Shown here: one piece after another, positions 37,687 to 50,127 of the stretch | How positions within the stretch are numbered: the stretch's first letter is position 1 | How the letters are laid out: every line of letters begins with the position of its first letter | Assembly (NCBI GenBank): GCA_977017645.1 | Contig: OZ360225.1 | Location: 147,374,001-147,438,000 of the forward strand | Length of the DNA stretch: 64,000 nucleotides | Direction: 5' to 3' | DNA from: Torpedo marmorata | Taxonomy: Eukaryota | The notes under the pieces: model-generated | What the model was told of the DNA's origin: nothing | Database searches by the model: none | Seen by the model: only the letters and a program-made list of their open reading frames with translations | Position numbers and translations under genes: made by a program

Positions 37687-39178
37687 CCCATGCCTCAAGA
37701 CTTTCTGAACGAGTCTCTCGTGGGGGACCTTGTCAAATGCCTTACTAAAATCCATGTAGACCACATCTACCGCCTTACCCTCATCAATATTTTTTGTTAC
37801 CTTCTCAAAAATCTCAATTAGGCTTGTGAGGCACGACCTTCCCATCACAAAGTTATGCTGACTATCCTTGAGTAGACTGTACTTCTCCAAATGCTCATAG
37901 ATCCTATCCTTAAGAATCCTCTCCAATAGTTTGCACACCACTGACGTAAGACTCACCGGTCTATAATTCCCAGGATTCTCCCTTTTAAACAAGGGGAGTA
38001 CATTTGCCATTCTCCAATCCTCTGGCACCTCTCCTGCGGCCAAAGAGGACTCAAAGATCATAGCTACTGCCCCAGCTATCTCTTCCGTCACTTCCCACAG
38101 CAACCTGGGTATGTTGTATCCAGCCCAAGGGACATAAATCTTGATATTTTTAAGAAGATCCAACACTTCCTCTTCCTTAATCTCCACATTGTCCAGCACA
38201 CAAGCCTGTTCTATTCTGACCTCACCCTGATCAAGGTCCTTTTCTCTTGTGAATACTGAAGCAAAGTATTCATTTAGGACAGTGGTTTTCAATCTGCCCC
38301 CTAAACTCACATTCCACCTTTGAAAACCACTGTTTTAATCGTACCTAATTGACTCGTTATGTGCATGGTTTCATAACTCCAAAGGAAATGGGCCAATGAC
38401 AATTTTTATCAAGCAAAATATTTCAATAACAATTGGGTCTAGAGCAGTGGTTCTCAACCTTCCCTTCCCACTCACATACCACCTTAAGCAATCCCTTACC
38501 AATCACACAGCACTTATGGTATAGGGATTGCTTAAGGTGGAATGTGAGTTTCGGGGGGCAGTTTGATAACCACTGATTTAGGACCTCCCCAACCTCCTCC
38601 ACCTCCAGGCACATGTTGCCTTCTTTATCCTGTAGCGGCCCCACCTTCATTCTTGTCATCCTTCTGTTCTTCACATATGCATAGAACGCCTTGGGATTAA
38701 TTCTACATGTCAAGGCTTTCTTATGCCCCCTTCGAGCTTTACTGAGTCCTTTCTTAAGCTCCTTCCTGGCTACAATATACTTCTCATGAGCCCTTCCTGT
38801 TTTCTGCTTCCTATATCTAATATATGCTTTCTTCTTCCTCTTGACTAGCTGCCTCACCTGTTTTGTCAACCATGGTTCCCTTTTCCTATCCTCTTTTCCC
38901 TTTCCCAGTGGGACAAACCTATCCTGAACCCAGCACAAGTGGTTCCTAAACATCCTCCACATTAGTTCTGTGCTATCTCCCTTGAACATCTGTTTCCAAT
39001 TTACTCTCACTAGTTTTTTCTTCATCCCATCATAATTAGCCCTTCCCCAATTAAGCACTTTCCCATTTTGTCTGCTTTTATCCTTTTCCAGAGCGATGCT
39101 AAAGCTCAGGGAGTTGTGGTCACTCTCACCATAATTCTCCCCCACCGAGAGGTCCGCCACCTGACCAGGTTCATTACC
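37687..39178 (-). mobile_element. CR1 LINE internal fragment (EN end to RT start) hosting a hAT MITE
   Basis: ESDHNSLSF, NPGNYRPVSLTSVVCKLLE, VDVVYMDFSKAFDKVPH. Confidence 0.88.
38280..38575. mobile_element. Second copy of the compound hAT MITE, left arm internally deleted
   Basis: Same TIRs and core as 16875-17249; 8-bp TSD ATTTAGGA. Confidence 0.92.
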
Positions 39179-40155
39179 TAGGATTAGGACGTGCATTTAA
39201 GGTGAGGGGAGGATAATTTAAAGCAATTTTTTTTTTTTTTTTTTTTAAACACAGAGCCTGAAACAGGTGGCCAGAAAGAGTGATGGAAGCAGATATAATA
39301 GTGGTGTTTAAGAGGTTTCTAGATAGACATGAATATGCAGGGAAGAGAGGGATATGTATTATGTGCAAACAGCGGAATTTTATTTTAATTTAATGTACGG
39401 CGCAGACATGTGGGCTGATGGAGCTGTTCCTCAAAATAGGTGGTGAAGAAAAAATTTGGTTGAATAAATAGAATAATGAAGTACCTTTTTAAGATTAAAG
39501 GAGGTCGGTGTTCAAAGGAACACAAATCATTGGAAGCTAACTGGAAATGCAAACAATATGTTGGCCTTTAATGAAAGAGGATTTGAGTAAAAGAATAAAG
39601 ACATCTGTTCCAACTATATAGAATCAAGGTGAAACTATGTCTGGAATATTGTTTGCAAGATTGGTCTCCCTATCGAATGATGAATATACTTATGATTGAG
39701 AAAGTGCTGTGAAGGTTCATCGGATTGATTCCTGGTATGATGGGTTTGTCTTGTGAAAAGAGATTAAGCAATTTGATTTATAAACTCTTGAGTGAGAAAA
39801 ATAAGGGGTGTTCCTGTTTCAATGTACTCAATTCTTGTAGGGCTCAACAAGCTTAATGTGGAACTCATCTTTCCCGTCTGGAGTGTGAAGAACAAGTTCT
39901 CGCACTTCAAGATAAGAGGCTAATTATTCATGATGAAGATAAGGAGAAATGTCTTTACCTATTGGGCAGTGAATCTTTGAATTCTCCACTCACATTTGTT
40001 GTGGAGAGGCTCAATTAAAGATTAATTGCTTTTTAGATATTAAGAGAATTAAGGTATATAGGACGAGTGCAGGTAAGTGACCATGAATCAGCCACAATCT
40101 TATTGAATGGCAGAGCAGACAAAGTATTAACTTGTACTTCTATTTCTTATGTTCT
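39179..40155 (+). mobile_element. Old CR1 3' fragments
   Basis: TCTGGAATATTGTTTGCAAGATTGGTCTCC, AAGGTTCATCGGATTGATTCCTGG; tail TTCTTATGTTCTTATG. Confidence 0.6.
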
Positions 40156-40633
40156 TATGTTATGCTTGGAATTAATTCATACGTGAACACAAGGTAATCC
40201 AGTAAGAAATGGGGCCAAATACCATTCATGATCTTTGTCCCATTTAACAAACCAACAGGAACACCACAAACCATTTTAATCATTACTAGAAGTAATTGAG
40301 AAAGTTTGGAATAAAGAGTCAGGTTGGACGATGCGCAATGATATAGAGTACTGACTTGGATTTGTTCTTGAATCACACATGCTGTCCAAGTCAGTGAGTA
40401 CATGAGAGCTAACATTTAATCAGGCATGCAAGATAATTAAATCTATCGAAAAGGCCTCCATAAACATGAAGAAATGTCAGTTGGTAGAAAAAGTTAATGC
40501 ATGTATTGTATGCAGACCAGCAGAAGAAGCAATGATGGGAGTTCTAAGTTTGAATCAATGATACCTGAGCATAGAGCTTGAGCACAGGAGCAAAGAATTC
40601 CAGAGATTCTCTCCCTTCTGCAATGAAAACAAA

Positions 40634-41498
40634 TTCAAGATTCAAGATTCAATTTATTGTCACAGCAATACGACAGTGTCATATACCACGAAATTTCTTT
40701 TTGCCTGCTCCAAGGCAGACAGATTCGCCATCGGCAGAAACTGCCTAGGCGCCTCTAACATTCCTTACAATCAGAGAAAGAGAAGCAAAAGAGAGTCCCC
40801 CCAGAGTCACCAAGTGTCCATAGATTCGCCTCCAGCGCTTCCGCAGCCACACAGAGTCCAGTCCAAACGATCGGCATCCCGAGCTCCAGATCCGAACCTC
40901 CAACACGGTCAGGTCGCCCTCGGCACCCCCTCACATCCCGGTTCCGATACCTGGTACTCCTCCAGCCAGTTCGAGCCAACCTCCAGCAGTCCGCAGCCCA
41001 TCGTGAGTCCCCCGACAGCAGTCTCCAGCAGCCCACAGCCTCCGCGGGTTCCTCGCCTCGAGTCGCCAGCAGCCCGCCGCATGCACTGGTCCTTCAGCCT
41101 CAGAGCCCCTCACTGGTCCGCCGCCCTGGTCACCGTCCCTTGGGTCGTCTCCTCCGCTTCTCCTTCTCAGACGGGGGTGATCTTCCCGTCCACTGGTGCC
41201 CTGCTCCAGTCCCCCGCTTCCCCGGAGTCTGCAGCCCCTCGTGGCTGCTGCCGGTTAATAGGCGCTGCCATCTTGGGCGCAGACCCCGCGGTCGCGGGAT
41301 CTTAAATAAAACCACCGTCGGCTCCTTTAACGGGCTGTTGAAAGCCCGTGCGGAACCGACGGCAGTCGACTGGGCGGCTGGACCCCGCGGGAGCGCTGTA
41401 TCTCCGCTCCCACGCTCCCCGCGGGTCCGCACCAGCGGCAGCGCTGCCGCTACAGCGGCTCCGGCAGCGCGGCCATCTTCCGGATTACTACGCACCTC
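40634..41498 (-). mobile_element. CpG-rich non-autonomous retroposon with a Rex1-type 3' tail
   Basis: The minus strand starts GAGGTGCGTAGTAATCCGGAAGATGGCCG and ends GACAATAAATTGAATCTTGAATCTTGAA; no recognisable protein. Confidence 0.6.
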
Positions 41499-41499
41499 A

Positions 41500-44400
41500 A
41501 TTTAAAATGACTATCCCTTTATTTTGTAGTTTTGCCCCTTGTTCATGATCCTCCTATGGGTGATAACATCTTAACATCTACATTGCCAAGCCCCCTTAGG
41601 ATGTTATATGTTTGAATAAGATCACCCTTCATTCTTCTAGCCTCCAGTTGTGGTCTTACCAACACCCTGTCTAGCTGTAGCAAAACCTTCCAATACTTAA
41701 AATCCAACCCCTTTGCAATAAAGGCCAACAGTCATTTGTCTTTGACTGTTGGAGTACAGAACGATGAGGGGGTACCTCATAGAGGCATTTCGAATGCTGA
41801 AAGGCCTGGAGAGAGTAGATGTGGCAAGGATGTTTCCCATGGTAGGGGATTCTAGGACAAGAGGGCATAAAATGATAAAAGGGCGTCAATTTAAAACAGA
41901 GAAGCAGAAATTTTTCTTTAGGCAGAGGGTCATGAGTCTGTGGAACTTGCTGCCACAGGCAGCTGTGGAAGCGAGGCATTGGGTGTATTTAAGGCAGAGA
42001 ATAACAGATATTTGATTAGTCAGGGCATCAAGGGTTACGAGGAGAAAGCCGGGGAGTGGGGCTGAGTGGGAGGATGGATCAGCTCATTAGGATGGCGGAG
42101 CAGACGATGGACCAATGGGCCTACTTCTGCTCCTTTATCTTGTGATCTTGTCTTCTTAACATCTTGTTGGACCTGCCTGTTAACTGTTTGTGTTCCATGC
42201 TCAAGAACAGCAAAATCGCTCTGAACTTCATTCATATGCAGTCTCTCTCCATTTTGATTTATCTTCCTGAAATGCATGAGCTCATACTTACCCACATTAA
42301 ATGCCAGTTTCCAGATTTTCACTCCGTCTAGATCCGATTGCAGAATCAGTGTCCTATCACAACACGCCCTTCCAACTATTTCTGTATCATCACTGAATCT
42401 TGAAACCTTGCATTTTATTAGCTCCTCCAGGTCATTAATGTAAATAATGACAATTGAGGACCGAGAACCGATTCCGTGGGTACAGCTGGGAAGGACCCAC
42501 ATATTCCAATACTTTGGTTTCCATGTGACAGCTAGTATTCAGTGCATACTGACAAACTTCCACCAGTACCTTGGGCTATTAATTTAGGCAGTAACCTCAT
42601 AGGTGACATCTTGGCATAGCGGACTCAATGGTCCAAATGGCCTACTTCTGCTCCTCTTTTGGAAATCAAAATACACTACATTTACAGCAAATTTGTAAAA
42701 TATGATTTGCCTTTCATAAAACCACATTGACCTGGCTCATATTTCCTTTATTATTAGTTATTTCCTCTGATTATTGACTGTAGCTTCCTGCCAATGTTAT
42801 ATATTAAAATCGCTGACCTGCCGTTCCCAGCCTTTAGTCTCCCTCCCTTTTTGAACAAGGGAGTCTCATTGGGTGTTTTACAATTTCTGGACTCCTCTCA
42901 GAATTTAATGAGTTTTGAAAAATCTCAATCATTGATTCTTCTATTTGTGCAGCAACTTATTTAAAATCTTTTGGGCAGGCCTTCAGGTCTCAGTGATTTG
43001 TCTGCTATTAGCTCTGTGAATTTCTCCAATACTTTGTCCCTTGTGATTGGGATTTTTTACAAGTTCCTCCCTGTTATTTGAATTTAGCCCATTTTTTATC
43101 TAGGGGATTGTTACAGTATCCTCCATAGTGAATACTGATGTAAAACATTGATTTAACATATCTTCCATTTCTGCTTTTTTGTTATTAATTCACTAGCCTC
43201 TTTCTCTCGAGATCCCATACTTATCTTAGCCACAGCCATCCTATTGAAATATCCATAGAAACTCCTTCAGTTTTTTTTTATATGACATGCAAGTTTTCTC
43301 TCAAAATCAATTTTCTTCCTTCTTTTATGTGCTTGTCACTTTGTATGTCCTACATTTCAATTGAACACTTTCCTCGACCTCTCTGTTAACCACAGATTGA
43401 GCTTCTTTCTCATGTAATTACATTGGATTCCTACCTGACCTTATCACAGTGTTGACCCCATTTCTTCAAGCAATAAGAAAGATCAAACATAGTAGTGGGG
43501 GAAGAATTAATGAAAGATGTATGATCTGTGGAAGAAATGTTCAGCAGTAAGTTGTTGCTCAGTAATATTTTTGTGCTTTCTGGCTCTGATGACCTCAACT
43601 TTCTCTCAACAGCAACCAACAATGTACTTAAACATGCTTGCAATACTTTATAAAGTGAAGCTGGTGCTGTGATTAATCATGTCATAAGAACTTAAGAAAT
43701 AAAAGCAGGAGTTGACCACTTGGCCTATTGACCTTGCTCCACCATTCCATAAGATCATGGCTTATGTGATTGTGGACTCAGCTCCACTGACCCACCTTTT
43801 CCCAACAACCATTACTTTCCCTACTATACAAAAACCTATCTGTGTCTTAAATGCATTCAATGAGGCAGCCTCTACTGTTTCCTTGGGCAGAGAATTCCAC
43901 AGATTCACTACTCTCTGGGAGAAGCAGTTCCTCCTTATCTCGGTCTTTAATATACTCCCCCAAATCGTGAGGTTATGTTTCCTAATTCTAGTTCAGGCCT
44001 GTCCGTGAAAACAATCTCCCTGCTTCTGTTATCTATTCCTTTCATAAAGTTATACAAGATCTTCCTTCGACCATCTTAACTCCAATAGTCCCAGGCTACT
44101 CAACCTTTCTTCATAAGCTAACACCATAATTTCTTGAATCACCTGGTAAACTTCCCTGCACCACCTAAAAAGCCAGTACATCTTTCTTCAAGTAAGGAGA
44201 CCCAAACTGCACACAGTATTCCAGGTGCAACCTCGCCAGTAGCCTGTACAGATGAAGTCGAAGCTCCCTGCTTTTAAATCAAACCACATCCCATTTACCT
44301 TATTGAGTACCTGCTGTACCTGAAAACTAACATTGTTGCAATTCATGCACAAGCACTCCCAGGTCTCTCTGCACAACAGCATGTTCCAATTTTCCACCAT

Positions 44401-44697
44401 TGAAATAATAATCCAATCAACTATTTTTATTTTCAAAGTAGATGACCACACATTTACCAGACCGCACATCTGCCAGACCCTTGCCCACTCACTTAACCTA
44501 TCTATATCTCTCTGAAGACTGTCTTCTACACAATTTGTGTTTGCACTCAATTTAGTGTCATCAGCAAAAGTAGATGTGCACTGATTCCCACGACACACCC
44601 CTAATCACTGACTGGCAACTAGAGAAACAAATATTTATTCCAACTCTCTGCCTTCTATTGTTTAACCATCCATTCCTCCCAACTCTATACATCCTTT
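41500..44697 (-). mobile_element. Cluster of old CR1 fragments, including a plus-strand 3' end at about 41753-42148
   Basis: IYINDL, FSDDT/FADDTKL, LVRPQLE, MRGYLIEAF pieces. Confidence 0.7.
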
Positions 44698-44702
44698 AGT
44701 AT

Positions 44703-47700
44703 TGATGAGCCCATCAATAACTTCAAAAGACTAGAAGTTACCAAGAACTGAAAGGCTTTTATTGGCAAAAGAATGAAGCTACATTCGTGCTGGTGATCTG
44801 TCCCGGACTGGGGGAGGAGCAGTGGCACAATGGCCTTTATTCAGGGGGCCTGAGGGAGGAGCCACCAGGACAGTCAGCAGAGGGCATGTCCAGATATATC
44901 ACCCAGCCCACAACCTATACATAGTGGTTTACCACATTCACCCCTCCTTTTAAAAGAGTCCAGTGGGGTGAAGGGTATAACAATATTTACAAAGAATTAA
45001 AATTACAAATCGAGTCGATCAGGCGGTCGAGTCCGCCGCTGTGATCGGCGCAGTACTTGTGGTGATGGGGCAGGAAGCAGTGCTGCCTCCTGCCTGATTT
45101 GGGGTACCAGCAAGTCTGGCGTTCGCGAAACCTCGGGTCAACATGCCGGTACATTTGGTGTCATATTTGAATTGGGTGGTGCCTCTTGTGTGTCCTTAAT
45201 GGTAGGTATGGGGGTAACAGTAACTACGGAGTGTTCGAGGGCGGCGGCGGGTCCCAGTGCTCCTGCGGGCGCCAGGTCCCGGATGGAGACCGTGTCTTCC
45301 CGCCCATCAGGAAAACCACGTAGGCGTACTGGGGGTTCGCGTGTAATAATTGAACACTCTCATGTTTCCGGAGCAGCACTGGCCCTGAGGACGTCAGCCA
45401 TGCTGGTAGGGTAGTCCCGGTGGTCGACTTCCTGGGGAAGGAAAAGAGTCTCTCATGAGGGGTGGCATTGGTGGATGTGCAGAGCAGGGAGCGGATGGAG
45501 TGGAGTGCTTCGGGAAGGACTTCTTACCAGCGGAAGACTGATAATCCCTTAGACCTGAGGGCTAAGAGTGTGGCCTTCCAGAACGTGGCGTTCTCCCGCT
45601 CCACTTGTCAATTGCCCCTTGGGTTATAGCTCATGGTCCTGCTAGTCACGATACCCATGGCCAGCAGATATTGGCGCAGCTCGTCACTCATAAACGAGGA
45701 CCCTCAGTCACTATGGATATAGCAGGGGTATCCAAACAATGTGAAGAGTTTGCGGAGGGCTTTTATGATTGAGGTGGTAGTGGTATCGGGGCAGGGAATG
45801 GCGAAAGGAAACCGTGAGTACTCGTCAATGACGTTGAGGAAATACAAATTGCGGTCGGAGGAGGGAAGGGGCCCTTAAAGTTGACGCTTAGTCCCTCAAA
45901 TGGGCGGGTTGCTTTTATCAACTGTGCCTTGTCAGGATGGTAGAAGTGCGGTTTGCACTCTGCGCAGACTTGGCAGCTGCCAGTCATCGTCCTGACCTCT
46001 TCCAGGGAGTACGGCAGGTTACGGGCTTTCACAAAGTGAAAACCCCTGGTGACTCCGGGGTGGCAGAGGTCACAGTGGAGGGCATATAACCGGTCGATCT
46101 GTGCGATAGTGCACATCCCCCGGGATAGAGCATCGGAGGGCTCATTGAGCTTCCCGGGCCGGTACATTATATCATAGTTGTAGGTGGAGAGTTCGATTCT
46201 CCACCTCAGGATTTTTTATCATTTTTGATTTTACCCCGCTGCTGGTTGCTGAACATGAATGCGACTGAGCGTTGGTCAGTCAGCAGGGTAAACCTTTTGC
46301 CGGCGAGATAGTGCCTCCAGTGCCTGATAGCTTCCACTATGGCTTGGGCCTCTTTCTCCACGGCTGAGTGCCGAATTTCTGGGCCTTGAAGGGTACAGGA
46401 GAAGAACGCCACCGGTCTTCCCGCCTGGTTGAGGGTATAAGCCAGTGCGAAGTCGGACGCGTCGCTCTCTACTTGAAAGGGAGTGGACTCGTCCACCGCG
46501 TGCATTACTGCTCTGGCAATGTCCCCTTTTATGAGGTTGAAAGCCTCACGTGCCTCCGCTGCAAGGGGAAAAGTGGTGGACATGACTAGGGGGCGGGCCT
46601 TGTCCGCATAATTAGGGACCCATTGAGCATAGTAAGAAAAGAAGCCCAAGCACCTTTTGAGGGCTCTGAGGGTGTGGGGAAGTGATGACCCCGTTCTCCA
46701 CAACACACCCCAGGATAGCGAGTCGGGTGGTTCCGAACACGCACTTATCCTTGTTATAGGTGAGGTTAAGTGCTTTGGCCGCCTGGAGGAACTTCCGAAG
46801 ATTGTTATCGTGGTCCTGCCGGTCGTGGCTGCAGATAGTGATGTTATCTAGGTATGCAAAAGTGGCCTTTAATTTGTATTGGTCCACCATCCTGTCCATC
46901 TCCCTCTGGAAGACGGATACCCCATTTGTTACCCCAAAGGGGACGCGCATGAAATGATAGATTCTGCCGTCCGCCTCGAAGGCGGTGTAGGGGCGGTCCT
47001 CCCGGCAAATGGGGAGCTGGTGGTAGGCAGATTTGAGGTCTATGGTGGAGAATAGCTTATATTGGGCTATCTGGTCCACCATATCTGCGATGCGTGGTAG
47101 AGGGTATGCGTCAAGCTGTGTGAAACTATTGACGGTCTGACTATAATCTACCACCATCCTGTTTTACTCCCCGTTCTTGACAACAACCACCTGGGCCCTC
47201 CAGGGACTCGTGCTCGCCTCGATGATCCCTTCCCCAAGTAATCTCTGCACCTCTGACTTAATGAATGCCCTGTCCCCTGTGCTGTATCTCCTGCTTTTGG
47301 TTGCCATGGGTTTACAATCAGGGGTCAGATTGGCGAACAGTGTTGGGGCAGGAACTTTTTTTTAAAATATTTTATTTAAAATTTTAAATCACTCAATAAT
47401 ACATATATAAAATACAAAATTATCAAAATACATGATATATATTTTCACCCCACCTCCCTCCCTCCCCTCCCTAACCCTCCCACCCCTACTATTCTAATAA
47501 AGTAAAAGAAAAAGATGAAAAAAGAAAAAGATAGAGTAAGGAGAATGTCAATCTAAAAAAGAACTATAAGCTAATTTTATTGTGGAAGATAGGATCGCCA
47601 GTCAGATCTGATATCCAGAGATCTTCAAATCCTTAAACCAACAGTTTTTATATATGGGCTCCATATTTTCAAAAATAAATGATATTTGTTACGTAAATTA

Positions 47701-49862
47701 TAAGTAATTTTTTCAAGTGGTATAGCTGAACGAAGTTCTGCATGCCATCTTTCTAACCCTAAATCTACATCAGATTTCCATGTAACAGCAATGCATTTCT
47801 TAGAAACAGCTAAAGCAATTCGCAAAAATTCTATTTGATACATATTTAATTTCATCTTAATACTAATTCTTTTAATATCTCCAAACAAAACTATCATAGG
47901 ATCCATTGGGAGTGTAATTCTTAATACTTTGTCTAAAAACTTTTTAACTTTCAACCAAAAATCATATATCTTTGGACAAAGCCATGTAGAATGTACAAAA
48001 GAACCTTCCTCTCTATTACATCTAAAACATAAACCAGATAATGTCAGGTTAAATTTCTTTAATTTTTTAGGTGTTAAATATAATTGATGAAAAAAATTAT
48101 ATTGCACTAGTCTATATCTAACATTAATAATCTTCGCCATACTTTGTTTACATAATTCTTTCCAATGTTCTTCATCTATTGTTACATTCAGATTGGGGGC
48201 GGGATCTTGAGTGTGGATAGACTGCAAGTAGTGTGGTGTGACAAAATATTTCTGCAGTTTTTAAGAATTTGGTGATTACCGACAGTAATTGGTGGGAGGG
48301 GCCCGTCATACTCCATAGTCACACTTTGGAGGTGACTCTGGAAGTCGAGCCCCAGTAGTACAGGTGCACACAGTCGGGGCATAACCAAGATCGTGAAGTC
48401 CCAGTATTCAGTGTCCTGCACCACTAGCGTCGCTACACAACCCCCCCCCGGATGTCTGTTGTGTGCGATCCGGAAGCCATGGCAACCCTCTGGCTTACCA
48501 GCTGTGTCTTGAGGCCGCATCGCTGTACCGTGTCAGGGTGGATGAAGCTCTCTGTGCTGCCTGTGTCGAACAGGCAGTTTGTTCTGTGTCCCTCGACCAG
48601 GATGTCCATCATTGACCTCGCGAGTTGGTGGGGTGCACTCTGATCAAGTGTAACTGACGCCAACGTTGAGTCGCTGTCTTGATCCGACGCGATGGAGTGC
48701 CTGCTGTCCCGGGATGGCAGCACCCTGTGTCGGCGCAATGGTGTGGAACAAAATAGCCACTCCCATGACTCGCACGTGTTGGCCGCGGATAAGTAAGATG
48801 ACGGCGACGGTAGTGACGACACACAAGATGGCCGCCCCCAAGCCTCACACGCGGCGCTGCTCGATCCCACTCGCGGTTTAGATCTACAGACCTTAGCAAA
48901 ATGGCCTTTCTTCCCGCAGCTGGAGCAAGTCACTTCTCAGGCCGGGCAACGTTTCCGGGGGTGCTTTTCAAGTCCGCAGAAGTAGCATTTCTCGGACTCG
49001 CGGCTGCTGTGGTCAATTCACCGGCATGGTGTGGGGTCTGCGGTATCCACGGAGCCTGCGGGAGATCGCGCGCCTGTATAGCATCAGAGTTCTGTAGCGC
49101 GGCCTCCAGTGTATCGGCCAGCTCGATCGCGGAACGGAAGGTGAGGTCAGCTTGTTCCAGCAGCCGCTGGTGCACATACACTGACATGGTCTCCATAACA
49201 AAAGCATCTCTTACTAGGAGCTCTGTGTGTTGTTCGGCCATCAGTCCCTGGCAGTCGCAGACCCGCATGAGTGTTAGTAGGGCCCGTACGAACTACGCGC
49301 TCGACTCCCTGGGCCGCTGCTGCCGCGTCGCTACCCTGCTTCTCGCATATACAGTATTAACAGGCCGTATATACTGCATTTTAAGGGCATTCATAACGTC
49401 TTCATAAGTCTGCAGATCTCAGATCATGGAGTAGACTCGTGGGCTTACCCTAGAGAGGAGGACTTTGGGTTTTGCGGCGTCTTCTTGTACTTTGATCTCC
49501 TCCAGGAACGACTCAAAACAGGCTAGCCAGAGTTCAAAAGCATTGCCAGCCTCTGGTGTTTGTGGATCGAGGTCCAGTTTGTCTGGTCTCAAGACATTCT
49601 CCATGCTTACAATTTTGCCAATAAAATTGATGAGCCCATCAATAACTTCAAAAGACTAGAAGTTACACAAGAACTGAAAGGCTTTTGTTGGCAAAAGAAT
49701 GGAGCTACATTTGTGCTGGTGATCTGTCCCGGACTGGGGGAGGAGCGGTGGCACAATAGCCTTTATTCAGGGGGTCTGTGGGAGGAGCCACCGGGACAGT
49801 CAGCAGAGGGCATGTCCAGACCTATCACCCAGCCCACAACCCATACATAGTGGTTTACCACA
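44703..49862 (-). mobile_element. Compact Ty3/Gypsy LTR retrotransposon, sister subfamily of 7861-12243, with an L1-like insertion
   Basis: LTRs 44703-44936 and 49628-49862; 5-bp TSD AGTAT; PPT 44937-44951; gag MENVLRPDKLDLDPQ, LFDTGS, YLDN, ESDASD, integrase. Confidence 0.95.
47355..48191 (-). mobile_element. 5'-truncated L1/Tx1-like LINE inside the Gypsy pol
   Basis: ORF2 C-terminus with CFRC...HSTWLC knuckle; A-rich tail; same family as 57803-59565. Confidence 0.88.
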
Positions 49863-49941
49863 AGTATGTAGAAGATTTTGTGCAGCATCTTATCAAACGC
49901 CTTTTGGAAATTTAAGTATACAACACTGTTCCCCTTTAATA

Positions 49942-50127
49942 CCCCAGCATAGTGGTTAGCGCAACGCTGTTACAGCCCCAGCGAATGGGACCAGGGTTCG
50001 AATCATGTGCAGTCTATAAGGAGTTTGTATCTTCTACTCATGTCTGTGTGGGTTTCTTTTGGGGGCTCCGGTTTCCACCCACCATTCAAAACATTACGGG
50101 GATTGTAGATTAACGGCGTGTAATTGC
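49942..50127 (+). mobile_element. V-SINE, truncated by the adjacent LTR
   Basis: GTGGTTAGCGCAACGCTGTTACAGC, GGGTTCGAATC, GGGGCTCCGGTTTCC. Confidence 0.8.

Noticed and set aside
40676-41548. Overlapping 60-209 aa ORFs in the GC-rich block
   Set aside because: Low-complexity Pro/Ser/Ala/Arg translations are expected from GC-rich DNA; no domain is recognisable.
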